A stretch of DNA of 64,000 bases from Deltaproteobacteria bacterium (GTDB lineage Bacteria > Myxococcota > Kuafuiibacteriia > Kuafuiibacteriales > Kuafuiibacteriaceae): the NCBI GenBank assembly GCA_040218735.1, contig JAVJQW010000041.1, forward strand, positions 384,001 through 448,000, written 5' to 3'. The notes beneath the pieces were generated by a model. That model saw nothing but the letters and a program-made list of their open reading frames with translations, did not search any database and was not told the DNA's origin. Made by a program: the position numbers and the translations under genes. Below, piece after piece: positions 1 to 8,709 of the stretch. Position 1 is the first letter of the stretch. The number at the start of each line of letters is the position of its first letter.

Positions 1-409
1 GCGCGACGCCGTTTTCGAGGGCGATCGTCGCGTCGAGCTCGGCGCGCGCGAGCGCCGCCGCGTGGGCGGAGCGGCGGTCGAGCTCTCCCGCGATACGGCC
101 GGCTTCCTCGCGCGCGGCCTCCGCCGTGTTCGCGATCTCGCGGTCCTGCGCGTCGAGGATCTGGCGCGTCTTCGTCGCCGTCTTTCGCCGCTCGGTGGTC
201 GCCGAGACTCGGCGGTTCGTGAGGTCGGCGACGAGCTCCAGATCGAGGCTGGGCGCCGGTGCGGCGTCCCACTGGACCTTGGTGGTCCCCTCCTGGATCC
301 GCGAGAACGCATCGTCGAAGCGGCGGGGCGCTTCGTCGGGCTTCGCGGGGGCGGCCTTCGTCACGGTGGGCCGGGGCAGGGTGGCGGTGTTGGTTCGTTT
401 GACGTCCAT
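1..409 (-). CDS. Hypothetical protein, partial (runs off window start); helical/coiled-coil character
   Basis: ATG at 409 preceded by AGGAG RBS; frame open to position 1 (MDVKRTNTATLPRPTVTKAAPAKPDEAPRRFDDAFSRIQEG...); not in the ORF track because it lacks a stop in the window. Confidence 0.7.
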   Translation of the reverse strand, partial: MDVKRTNTATLPRPTVTKAAPAKPDEAPRRFDDAFSRIQEGTTKVQWDAAPAPSLDLELVADLTNRRVSATTERRKTATKTRQILDAQDREIANTAEAAREEAGRIAGELDRRSAHAAALARAELDATIALENGVA

Positions 410-438
410 GTCGGTTCGACTCCTGGGACGTCACCTAC

Positions 439-454
439 GCAACGACGGTGCCAA
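439..454 (-). promoter_or_regulatory. Sigma-54 (-24/-12) promoter
   Basis: Minus strand reads TTGGCACCGTCGTTGC, matching TGGCAC-N5-TTGC, 30 nt upstream of the ATG at 409. Confidence 0.7.
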
Positions 455-551
455 CGCCTTCCGGCCCCGGTGCGCAACGCGGGCGTGCACCTCGTGTGGC
501 GACGACTGCACCGGCGGTGCAGCACCCCCTCGGGGGCGTGGGCAGATCAGA

Positions 552-1259
552 TCACGGCGAGAGGCGGGTCGCGCGGAGGTTGCCGTTGATGCGGCACACG
601 CCGCCGGTGGTCGTGTTCGCGAGCGTGACCTGGACGAAGTCGACGTCGATGCGCCCCGCGGACGGGACGTACTCGCGGACCACGAGCGTGCCGCCGATCG
701 GATCCGGCGCGTTCCCCGTGATGACGTCGGAGTCCGTCGAGAGGTTGGTCCAGGTCGTGGGGAGGATGACGAGGTTCACGACCTGGCCGGTCTCGATGCG
801 GTGCTGCGAGGAGAGCACCATCGTCTGCGCGCCGTTCAGGTCGAACTGCAGGCTGCTCGTGAGGTTGCTCTGTCGCACGGAGCCGACGGCGATCGAGCCG
901 TTGTAGCTCACCACGATCTCCCCCGAGAAGTCGGCGGCGCACCCGTCGAAGGTGAGGCCGACCGTCGCAGCCGGCGGTCCGGCGTCTCGGAAGCCCGCGT
1001 CGTGAAAGCCGGCGTCATGAAAGCCGGCGTCGTGAAAGCCGGCGTCGCGGATCCCCGCGTCGAGGGCGCCCGCGTCGGGGCGAGGGCCCGCGTCGCGGTT
1101 CGGGTCGAACGGTCCGGCGTCGCGCGCGGCGGCGTCGGTCGCGCCCGCATCACGGTTCGGTCGGAACACACCGTTGTTGCCACCACCCGCGCCGATGTCG
1201 CGGCGGGAGCCGTCGCAGGCGAGCGCGAGCAGCGGGACGAGGAGCAGCGCGGAGCGCAC
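552..1259 (-). CDS. Putative lipoprotein with DAG-repeat linker and C-terminal beta-rich domain
   Basis: GTG start then RSALLLVPLLALAC (lipobox); repeated DAG motifs; C-terminal beta-strand domain bracketed by two Cys. Confidence 0.7.
   Translation of the reverse strand: MRSALLLVPLLALACDGSRRDIGAGGGNNGVFRPNRDAGATDAAARDAGPFDPNRDAGPRPDAGALDAGIRDAGFHDAGFHDAGFHDAGFRDAGPPAATVGLTFDGCAADFSGEIVVSYNGSIAVGSVRQSNLTSSLQFDLNGAQTMVLSSQHRIETGQVVNLVILPTTWTNLSTDSDVITGNAPDPIGGTLVVREYVPSAGRIDVDFVQVTLANTTTGGVCRINGNLRATRLSP
978..1063 (-). repeat. 15-nt intragenic tandem repeat encoding (F/I)(H/R)DAG
   Basis: aagccggcgtcgtga-type units; protein RDAGFHDAGFHDAGFHDAGFRDAG. Confidence 0.8.
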
Positions 1260-1332
1260 GCCCGTTCTACGCCGCTCGCGTTCGTATCTCCCCGCGGCCC
1301 AAGACGTGTCCGTGGGCGCATCGCTCGAGCGC

Positions 1333-2649
1333 TCAGCAGTCGGTCGAAGGCGCCGGTGACATCTCACCGCCGAGCGCGCAGCGGTGGGCGTTGATGCGAA
1401 TCCGGCCGACGCCTCCTCCGCCCCCTCCTCCCGGGCGATCGCCTCCGGAGCCGCCCGCACCGCTTCGGCCGTCCTCACCCGCCAGCGCTTCGACGAGCCC
1501 CGTCGCACCGTCGCCGCCCGTAGCGCCAGGCCCCGCCGAACCGCCGTTCGCGACGGACGTGGCGGCTGCGCCGTCGTCCCCGTGTTCACCGTCGTCGTCG
1601 TCGTCCTCTCCACCGGCCTGACCGCCGCCGGCTCCGTTGGCGAAGAGTCCACCCTCGACGGTCACGACGTCGGCTTCGAGGAGGAGCGCGCCGCCGGAGC
1701 CGCCGCCGCCTCCGGCCGCGCGCCGGTCGCCGCCCCGGCCCCCCTCGCCGAACGCATCGACGTGACCGCGGACCAGGATCGATCCGCTCGCCGAGATCTC
1801 GAGCGCACCTCCGCCGCGCCCGCCCGGTGCGTTGCCGTCGCCGCCCGCGCAGCCCGTGAGGAGCGGGACGAGCTCGGGCGTACCGTTCGCCGAGGCACCA
1901 TCGCCGCCGCCTCTGTCATCCGCGTCACCGCCCGGCGCGCCATCGGTGCCGAAGCCTCCGCCTCCACCGCCCCCGTCGTTGCGTCCGTTCGTTCCGGGGC
2001 AGCTCCGTGTGGCGTGCGCGACCGTGACTTCGCCGTCGATCAGGACGTTGCCGTCGATGATCACGAGGAGCGGTCTGCTGCCGCGCACGTCGAGGCGACC
2101 GGCGGCGGTGACTTCGAAGCGGCGGGCGGTCAGCAGCACGAGCTCTCCATCCGCGGTGCTCAGGACGTGAAGGTCGGGCGGAGGTCCGCACCATGCGTCG
2201 GCCTGCGCGGTGTCCGTGTCGACGAACGCCTCGCAGTCCACGTGGAGCGCGTCGTGGATCACCACGTCGCTGGGCTCATAGTTAGAGCTGAACGGAGGCG
2301 TGAAGCCGGTCATCGGCGCACCGCCGTCCGTCGCGGCGGTGCCGCCATCGCGAGGGGGGGACGCGTCGACGGCACCGCCGTCCAGGGTTCCGGAATCGAG
2401 GGACACGTTGCCATCCGTCGTCGAACCGGCGCCCCCGTCGCGGACGCGCGGTGGCATCAGCGGTAGCGACGGGCGCGGCGCGTAGTCACACGCAGCGAGC
2501 ACGACAAACGACGAAGCAGCCCAGGTCATCGCAACCCATGTTGCGCGTGAGCGGCGGGAGGACGTCCCCCTGGCGAACGCCGAACTCGCGGTCGATGGGC
2601 CTCGGGCGAGGACCGGGAGACCGAGGATCGAGGCGATTCGTGCGCTCAT
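1333..2649 (-). CDS. Glycine-rich exported protein / putative lipoprotein (GGGGGSGG repeats); start may be ~2529
   Basis: 438-aa ORF; internal VVLAAC lipobox; DGG linker; GGxGGGAL and GGGGGSGGALLLEA glycine-rich repeats. Confidence 0.7.
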   Translation of the reverse strand: MSARIASILGLPVLARGPSTASSAFARGTSSRRSRATWVAMTWAASSFVVLAACDYAPRPSLPLMPPRVRDGGAGSTTDGNVSLDSGTLDGGAVDASPPRDGGTAATDGGAPMTGFTPPFSSNYEPSDVVIHDALHVDCEAFVDTDTAQADAWCGPPPDLHVLSTADGELVLLTARRFEVTAAGRLDVRGSRPLLVIIDGNVLIDGEVTVAHATRSCPGTNGRNDGGGGGGGFGTDGAPGGDADDRGGGDGASANGTPELVPLLTGCAGGDGNAPGGRGGGALEISASGSILVRGHVDAFGEGGRGGDRRAAGGGGGSGGALLLEADVVTVEGGLFANGAGGGQAGGEDDDDDGEHGDDGAAATSVANGGSAGPGATGGDGATGLVEALAGEDGRSGAGGSGGDRPGGGGGGGVGRIRINAHRCALGGEMSPAPSTDC

Positions 2650-2655
2650 GGTGGT

Positions 2656-2689
2656 CCGTACGAAGGACCGCGGCCGCGGAGCGATTCGA
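2656..2689 (-). promoter_or_regulatory. Putative ECF promoter, motif 1 copy A
   Basis: Minus strand TCGAATCGCTCC-N14-TCGTACGG just upstream of ATG 2649; same motif found three more times in the locus. Confidence 0.6.
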
Positions 2690-2699
2690 TCTTCGTTCG

Positions 2700-4172
2700 T
2701 CAGTCGAGCAGCACGTAGCTCACGACGGAGCCGATCAAGAGCCCACCGCCGACGGCGAACAACGCGTTGGCGGTGCGCGCGTCACGGCGTCCGTCGTTCG
2801 CGATCGCCTCTGCGCCGGCGGCATCGCCGATGTAACCCGCGAGGTTGCGCTCCGCGTTGTTGGCGCGGACCCCGAACACGGCGCCGACGATCCCCGCGGC
2901 GGTCGCCGCGCCGGCGAGCCCCAGCGCCACCACGCGCGGCGTCGTAAAGAAGGGTGCTTCCACGATCGGTCGCGACGTCGTGACCGCGGGCGGCGGGTTG
3001 GCTTTGAAGCCCTCGAAGAAGGCCTGACCGAACGGGATCGCAAACAGGTCGTTGCGGAAGCTGATCTCCTCCGCGCCCCGTCGCTCGAGCTGCGTCGGTT
3101 GCGACGGCAGGTTCGACGCATTCACGCGAGCGACGGCGTCGAGCGGGATGACCCGCTCGCTGTCATCGGTGCGCAGGAAGTAGACGCTCTGGGGGACGAG
3201 CGTCATCGTCACGGGTCCGTCCACGCTCATGTTGAAATCGGCGAAGCGAACGCCGCGTCCGTCCTCGAGGAAGTAGCGGCCTGCGAGCGACGACGGCACG
3301 AACACCGACGGGGCGTCCGAAGCGCGTTCGCGTTCGAACAGCGGCTCGGCGATTCGAAGGCGGGGCGCAGCGACGAACGGTTCGAGCTTCGCACGCACGT
3401 CGCGGATTCGGCCGTTCGCCGCGTAGAGGAATGCGCGCACTTCTTCGTAGGTGACGCGACCGTCGCCATCGACGTCGGCCGCGCCTGCGAGCGCGGATCG
3501 CACCTCGTGGCTGAAGATCCCGGCTGCGAAGCGCCCCCACTCGTGGACGTCGGAGGCGTTCGATGTCGACAACAGGACGCCGGTGTTCGGGTAGCGGTCG
3601 AGATCTTCACGGTCCAAGAAGTCGTCGAGAGCGCGATTGATCGCCGCGTCCCCGTCCCCGCGTTTGGCGACGAGGAGGTAGGCGTTGCACGCGTCGATCA
3701 CCACGTGGTTCACGGTTGCCGGAGACTTCGAGATGACCTCCTGGAAGAGGTCACTCCGCGAAAATCGTGCGTCGAAGAGGTGCATCGTCCCTTCGCCGTC
3801 GTCGTCGACGCTGCCGTGCCCGACGTACACGAAGTAGAACGCAGTCCGACGCCCCTCGGCCTTCGCGGATTCGATCGCCTCGAACGTGTCGTGGAGCGCG
3901 TCGAGGAGCCCAGCCCGGGTGGGGACCTCGGCGACGGCGGACGTCGCGGGATGGCGTCGTTGCGTCGAGGCGTCGAGGACGGAGAGCACGCGGACCTGCT
4001 TCGCGAATAGCGCAAGCAGCTCGTGGTAGCGCGCGCCGTCGTCGTCCGCGAACTCGAGGTCGTCGAGTCCGCCGTCGAGGCTCTTGTTGTTCGCGACGAT
4101 GACCGCGAACGACTCCGTCTCGGGCGGCGGGGCACCCGCGAGCGCGACGGCGAGGGTGAGCGTGGCGATCAC
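2700..4172 (-). CDS. Exported caspase-like (peptidase C14 / orthocaspase) protein with C-terminal membrane hairpin
   Basis: Signal peptide; FAVIVANN and LEFADDD; catalytic dyad YFVYVGHG and VVIDAC; ALAGAADVDGDGRVTYEE; two hydrophobic C-terminal segments. Confidence 0.85.
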   Translation of the reverse strand: MIATLTLAVALAGAPPPETESFAVIVANNKSLDGGLDDLEFADDDGARYHELLALFAKQVRVLSVLDASTQRRHPATSAVAEVPTRAGLLDALHDTFEAIESAKAEGRRTAFYFVYVGHGSVDDDGEGTMHLFDARFSRSDLFQEVISKSPATVNHVVIDACNAYLLVAKRGDGDAAINRALDDFLDREDLDRYPNTGVLLSTSNASDVHEWGRFAAGIFSHEVRSALAGAADVDGDGRVTYEEVRAFLYAANGRIRDVRAKLEPFVAAPRLRIAEPLFERERASDAPSVFVPSSLAGRYFLEDGRGVRFADFNMSVDGPVTMTLVPQSVYFLRTDDSERVIPLDAVARVNASNLPSQPTQLERRGAEEISFRNDLFAIPFGQAFFEGFKANPPPAVTTSRPIVEAPFFTTPRVVALGLAGAATAAGIVGAVFGVRANNAERNLAGYIGDAAGAEAIANDGRRDARTANALFAVGGGLLIGSVVSYVLLD

Positions 4173-4909
4173 TTCGCGACCACCTGACCTTCGACGACGC
4201 GGACGCGGACGTCGTCATCCGAGGGCTCCGAGCCCCACCGGTGTTTCGCGGTGACCTCGGAGCTGGCGCCGAACACCGCCACGAAGCGCACCGGCCCCGT
4301 CGGCCAGGCGCCGACGTCGAGCCGCGACGAGAGCCGTACCTCGACCGCGTCGAGCTCGACGGGTAGCGGCCCGATCTCCGCGAGGGGGCGCCCGGCGTCG
4401 TCGAGGACGCCGAACTTCATCAAGCGCGCGTCACGACCCGTCGAGTACACGATCTGCAGGATGTCACCCTCGGCGATCGCGGACGAGGCCGCGTCTGCGA
4501 CCTGAACCTTGTCGTCCTGCTCCACCCGGAGCCGAAGGACGCGGATCCCGTACTTCGCGTCGAGGGTGACGTTGTCACCGCGCTGGTTCATCCGGTCCTC
4601 GGAGGGTTGCACGACGAAGAAGACACTCCCGGCCGCAGCGAGCGCGGCGGCGAATGCCCACCCGAAGCGCCGCGAGGCGCGCGGCGGGCTGGGCGGAGCG
4701 AGGCGAGCCGCGACGCGATCGAAGGAGGCGGGGGCGAGGTCCCCGTCGGCGACGGCGTAGAGCTGCTGCTCGGCCTTGGCGTGTCGTTCGAAGATACGTT
4801 CACAATCCGCGCACTGCTCGAGGTGCGCGTAGACCTCGTTCGACTCCGACTCCGAGAGTCGCCCCTCGAAGAGGCGCGTGATCATATCGCCGACGTGTTG
4901 CCCGCTCAT
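4169..4909 (-). CDS. zf-HC2 (ZAS) anti-sigma factor, single TM, periplasmic C-terminal domain
   Basis: HLEQCADC zinc motif; TM WAFAAALAAAGSVFFVV; directly downstream of an ECF sigma; GTGA overlap with the caspase gene. Confidence 0.85.
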   Translation of the reverse strand: MSGQHVGDMITRLFEGRLSESESNEVYAHLEQCADCERIFERHAKAEQQLYAVADGDLAPASFDRVAARLAPPSPPRASRRFGWAFAAALAAAGSVFFVVQPSEDRMNQRGDNVTLDAKYGIRVLRLRVEQDDKVQVADAASSAIAEGDILQIVYSTGRDARLMKFGVLDDAGRPLAEIGPLPVELDAVEVRLSSRLDVGAWPTGPVRFVAVFGASSEVTAKHRWGSEPSDDDVRVRVVEGQVVAK

Positions 4910-4919
4910 CCGCTCCTCC

Positions 4920-5609
4920 TCACAGGACCCCGACGGAGCGGAGCCAGCCCGCGCCCGTATTTCGGTAGCCGGTCAGATAGCCGTTCTTCTTGAGCATCCG
5001 GAAGAAGTTCGTCCGGATGCGGCGCTCCGATGTCTTGATCTTCGACTCACTCAGGCCGGTGCGTTCCGCGATCTCCTTGTGCTGCAGACCCGCGAGGAAC
5101 CGCAGCTCGTACACCTCGCGCTCGCGCGCGTCGAGCCCGTCGACGAAGCGACCGACCAGCGCTTCGAGCTCGCGGTCGGCGGCTGCGTCCTCGGCGTCGG
5201 CGGGGCGAGCGGGAGCGATCGGCTGCGAGAAGTCGACGTCGTGGGGGGCGTCGTCGAGCAGGTCGTAGTCGACCAGCGCGCGCTCCTTCCTCCGAAAGTC
5301 ATCGATGACGAGGTTCTTCGCGATGGTGGCGATGTAGCGTTCGTACGGCGTCAGCCCGTCGTAGCCAGAGCGCGCGCGGTCCGAGAACGCGCGCGCGAAG
5401 ACATCGTGGAGGCGGTCCTCGAGGTCGAAGGTGGAGGACGCGCCGCGGAACCGGCAGGTCCGCCCGCCGGACTGGAACGTAAACCCGTGCCGGAGGACCT
5501 GCGCGACGCGGGGGGCGTAGCAGGTGAATACCGCCGAGAGCGCGTCTCGGTCGCCGCGCCGGAAGCCGTCGAGCAGCTTGCGATCTTCTTCGAGCGGAGG
5601 AATTTCCAT
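4920..5609 (-). CDS. ECF RNA polymerase sigma factor
   Basis: Region 2 (LEDRLHDVFARAF, YIATIAKNLVIDDFRR) and region 4 (REREVYELRFLAGLQHKEIAERTGLSESKIKT). Confidence 0.92.
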   Translation of the reverse strand: MEIPPLEEDRKLLDGFRRGDRDALSAVFTCYAPRVAQVLRHGFTFQSGGRTCRFRGASSTFDLEDRLHDVFARAFSDRARSGYDGLTPYERYIATIAKNLVIDDFRRKERALVDYDLLDDAPHDVDFSQPIAPARPADAEDAAADRELEALVGRFVDGLDAREREVYELRFLAGLQHKEIAERTGLSESKIKTSERRIRTNFFRMLKKNGYLTGYRNTGAGWLRSVGVL

Positions 5610-5616
5610 GTTCGTT

Positions 5617-5685
5617 TCGCTTTGCGGCCGGCGTCGTCCGTACCCTAGTGTGCCGTACGGACGAACCGATGCTGGGAGCGAAAAA
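5617..5685. promoter_or_regulatory. Divergent putative ECF promoters, motif 1 copies B (-) and C (+)
   Basis: Plus strand TCGCTTT-N14-CCGTAC (5617-5643); minus strand TTTTTCGCTCC-N14-CCGTACGG (5685-5653); also a 10-bp inverted repeat TCGTCCGTAC/GTACGGACGA at 5634-5664. Confidence 0.6.
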
Positions 5686-6478
5686 ATCTGCTTGGACCCT
5701 CGCGGTCGTCCTCGGGAGCCTGACCACGGGTTGTTTCCCCGACCTCACCCCCGATCGAGGGAGTCTGACGGTCGGGCTCTTGGGGGTCGACACCGGCACG
5801 GACACGGTTCGCGTCACGGTGACCGCGGGTGCGGAGCGCCTGGTGGTCGAGGAGGCGCTCACGCCCGCCGCTTCGGTCCGCGTCGAGGTCGTCCCGGTGG
5901 GACCGATCGGCGTCCTCGCGGAGACGCTGCGGCAGGGCACCCTGCTTCAGTCCAAGGGCGTCAACACCGACGTACAGATGGGAGAGAACGACATCGGCAT
6001 CGACTTCGGTTCCGCCGGTCCCAACCCGCCGGACGAGGTACGTTCCGCGCCGCAGGCGGTCGTCGTGCGGCTCGAGGACGAGGACATCGTCGGGGGCCGC
6101 CTGCAGGGGGCAGAGCGCATCGAGCGTGATCCGTTCCTCGCGTTCCTCTCGGCGGCGCGTGCGTCGCTGGGCGGGGCAGTCCAGGTCGTTGGCGTCGTCG
6201 AGGCGACCGCGTCTACCGGCGACGACACGTTCGACGATGTCTTCGATGGACCGTTCGACCTGGAGATCGCGCCCGAGGGGGGCGGGGGGATCGTCGTCGG
6301 GACCTTCGCGGCGTCGGGGGCGCAGAGCCAGCTCATCGCCAACGACGCGGACCTCGCGGGTCTCGCGACGTCGTTCGAAGCGGGGCGGTTCGACGTGCGG
6401 CTCGACGGCCCGACGTCGGCGTCGCAGGTGGACCTCGAGGTCTCCGTCGAGGTTGTGTTCGCGGCCACGCTGCGCTGA
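5669..6478 (+). CDS. Hypothetical lipoprotein
   Basis: MLGAKKSAWTLAVVLGSLTTGC lipobox; beta-rich sequence; typical codon bias. Confidence 0.7.
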   Translation: MLGAKKSAWTLAVVLGSLTTGCFPDLTPDRGSLTVGLLGVDTGTDTVRVTVTAGAERLVVEEALTPAASVRVEVVPVGPIGVLAETLRQGTLLQSKGVNTDVQMGENDIGIDFGSAGPNPPDEVRSAPQAVVVRLEDEDIVGGRLQGAERIERDPFLAFLSAARASLGGAVQVVGVVEATASTGDDTFDDVFDGPFDLEIAPEGGGGIVVGTFAASGAQSQLIANDADLAGLATSFEAGRFDVRLDGPTSASQVDLEVSVEVVFAATLR

Positions 6479-6488
6479 ATTCTTCACT

Positions 6489-6521
6489 TCGAATCGCTCC
6501 ACGCGCGCTCCGCTCGTACGG
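6489..6521 (+). promoter_or_regulatory. Putative ECF promoter, motif 1 copy D
   Basis: TCGAATCGCTCC-N13-TCGTACGG just upstream of ATG 6529; first 12 nt identical to copy A. Confidence 0.6.
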
Positions 6522-6528
6522 GACGAGC

Positions 6529-7455
6529 ATGAAACGACGTAGCTCTCTTCACCTCTTCACGCTCGGTCTCCTCGTCGCTTGCGGCGGCGCAACCACGAAC
6601 GGAACCTCGCTCTCGACGCACGATCTCGAAGGGGGGCCCTTCGACTCGGCGCCCGAGGTGCAGGACCGCGCATCGGCCGAGGCGCGCGCGGTCGCGCTGT
6701 TCGGTGGCGACGTCATCAGCTCCAAGCTCGACGTCGAGCGTGGCCTCTCGGTCTTCGAGATCAAGTTGCTGCTTCCGTCCTCGGCGGTGATCGAGGTCTC
6801 CATCGAGGAGTCGACCGGACACCTCGTCCAGGTCGAACACGAGTCCGGCCCGCTCACCGACGACTTGCCGCTCGGCGATGGCTTCCTGAACCTGGCAGAG
6901 GCGCTCGCGAAGGCGACCGGGGATGTCGTCGACTACGAGCTCGAGCTGGACGACGGGCTTCGCTGGGTCTGGGAGCTGGAGCTCGCGGATGGCACGAGCG
7001 TGAAGGTCGACGCGCAGACCGGAGAGGTCTTCGACGGCGTCGGCGATGATTCGTGGGACGACGATGGCTTCGACGACGGACAGGCCGCGACCCCGACCGA
7101 CGCGATTCGCGACGCCGCGCTCGCGATCGTCGACGGCGAAGTCGTGAAGTCGGAGCGCGAGTTCGAGCATGGCATGAGCGCGTGGAAGCTCACGATCCGC
7201 ACGGCGTCGGGCGCCTCGGTCGAGGTGTACCTGCTCGCCGACGACGCGAGCCTCCTTCGGGTGAAGGACGACGAGGGGCCGTTCGACTACGCCGTCACGC
7301 CGGGCCGCGGTTGGCTGACGCTCGACGAGGCGGTCGAACGCGCGGGTCGAAGCCTCGACGTGCTCTCGAAGTTCCGCCTCGATCGCAGCGGTCAGGCGTT
7401 TGTGTACGAGCTGGATTTCGGAGACGAAGACGTGGACGTGAACGCCGTCCGATGA
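6529..7455 (+). CDS. Tandem PepSY-domain lipoprotein
   Basis: LLVAC lipobox; repeated EALAKA/GDVVDYELELDDG/WELEL/VKVDAQTGEV units (about four PepSY-like repeats). Confidence 0.8.
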   Translation: MKRRSSLHLFTLGLLVACGGATTNGTSLSTHDLEGGPFDSAPEVQDRASAEARAVALFGGDVISSKLDVERGLSVFEIKLLLPSSAVIEVSIEESTGHLVQVEHESGPLTDDLPLGDGFLNLAEALAKATGDVVDYELELDDGLRWVWELELADGTSVKVDAQTGEVFDGVGDDSWDDDGFDDGQAATPTDAIRDAALAIVDGEVVKSEREFEHGMSAWKLTIRTASGASVEVYLLADDASLLRVKDDEGPFDYAVTPGRGWLTLDEAVERAGRSLDVLSKFRLDRSGQAFVYELDFGDEDVDVNAVR

Positions 7456-7476
7456 CCGGACGCTGAGCGGAAACGA

Positions 7477-7504
7477 CGGCGGCCTCGAAGGTCCGAGGCC
7501 GCCG
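7477..7504. terminator. Hairpin between convergent genes (likely intrinsic terminator)
   Basis: CGGCGGCCTCG-aaggtc-CGAGGCCGCCG 11-bp perfect stem; short T run follows on the minus strand. Confidence 0.65.
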
Positions 7505-7518
7505 CGTCAGGTGTGGGT

Positions 7519-8709
7519 TTAGTAGCGGGCCGTGACCGAGAACGACAGGCGGGTCTCGTCACGGTGGAAGAAGAAGGTGTTCACGATGCCGTTGCGGACC
7601 ACGTTGCCTCCCTGCTCCCAGGCGATGCCCGCCGAGAGGAACGGCAGGGGCACCCAGGTCAGGTAGAAGTCGTAGCCGTACGCCGGCCGCACGAACACCG
7701 CGTCACTGCGGTCGGACTCGAACGAGTCCCGCGCCGGGTAGTTCACGGTCTCGGAGCCGTTGATGTCGGCGCCGAGCGTCAACGTCCCGAAGTCCCCGAG
7801 CGAGAACAGGTACTCGAGCGCGAGCTGACCGACGAAGACGAACCGCGGGAGGGTGGCTCCCTGCTGTCCGTTCTGCTCGGCGAACTCGTGCCCGCGCCAC
7901 TGCACGAGACCGGCCGCTGCGACGTACAGCTGGTCGATCACGTTCGTTCGGGCGACGGTCAGACCTTCGAGCCCCAGGTAGAAGCTCTGGATCTGCGCCT
8001 GACGTGAAGTCGGCAGGTACACCATGCCGCGGTGGATGAAGAAGATGTTCCGCTTGATCCCCGCGACCTCCACGTCCACCGGGTTGAACATCATCGCCCC
8101 CAGGTTGAGGTTGCCGAGCTGGAAACCACTCTCCTGCACGTCCGGGTCGAACCCGTCGACCGTGTACGTGCCGGCCGGGAGCCCCGACGGCAACTGACCG
8201 CCCTGCGCCACGAACCGCTGCTGCAAGTTCATGCGCGCGAGGAGCTGCCACCCCTTGGCGAGCTTGAAGCCCGCCGTGAGGGCGTAGTTCATCGAGCGGT
8301 CCCCAGCCGGATCCTCGTCGTTGATGACGGGGGTCCGGAACTGGAGCGACGCAGCCACGAAGAACGGTCGTTTGTTGCCGCCCGCGATCGCCACGTTCTG
8401 GGCGCCGAGCTGAGCCGCAACCTTCTTCGCGCTCTCCTTGCTGTTGTCGTCCCCGGCGGCGACGGCCGATGTCACGGCCGCGCCTTCACCTTCTTCCTTG
8501 TCGTCTTCCGCCTTGGCCGAAGTGGCCTCCGCGTCCGCGCTGCTGGCGGCGGTCTCCGAGGTCGAAACCTCGGAGGTCGCGCCGCCTTCCGCGGACTCTT
8601 CTGCGTGGGCCACTTCGGCTGGCTGTGCATCGTCGGCGCGCGCAGACGTCCCCATCACGAGGACCCCCGCACACACCGACGCGTAGATGAGCCAGCGAAG
8701 TTTCATCAT
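7519..8709 (-). CDS. Putative outer-membrane beta-barrel protein with acidic disordered N-terminus
   Basis: Signal peptide ending ARA; amphipathic beta strands; C-terminal aromatic beta-signal (RLSFSVTARY). Confidence 0.7.
   Translation of the reverse strand: MMKLRWLIYASVCAGVLVMGTSARADDAQPAEVAHAEESAEGGATSEVSTSETAASSADAEATSAKAEDDKEEGEGAAVTSAVAAGDDNSKESAKKVAAQLGAQNVAIAGGNKRPFFVAASLQFRTPVINDEDPAGDRSMNYALTAGFKLAKGWQLLARMNLQQRFVAQGGQLPSGLPAGTYTVDGFDPDVQESGFQLGNLNLGAMMFNPVDVEVAGIKRNIFFIHRGMVYLPTSRQAQIQSFYLGLEGLTVARTNVIDQLYVAAAGLVQWRGHEFAEQNGQQGATLPRFVFVGQLALEYLFSLGDFGTLTLGADINGSETVNYPARDSFESDRSDAVFVRPAYGYDFYLTWVPLPFLSAGIAWEQGGNVVRNGIVNTFFFHRDETRLSFSVTARY

Noticed and set aside
410-436. GGTTCGACTCC resembling a tRNA T-loop
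   Set aside because: The flanks do not form a T-stem or acceptor stem; it is the reverse complement of the RBS region (AGGAGTCGAACC) of the minus-strand gene
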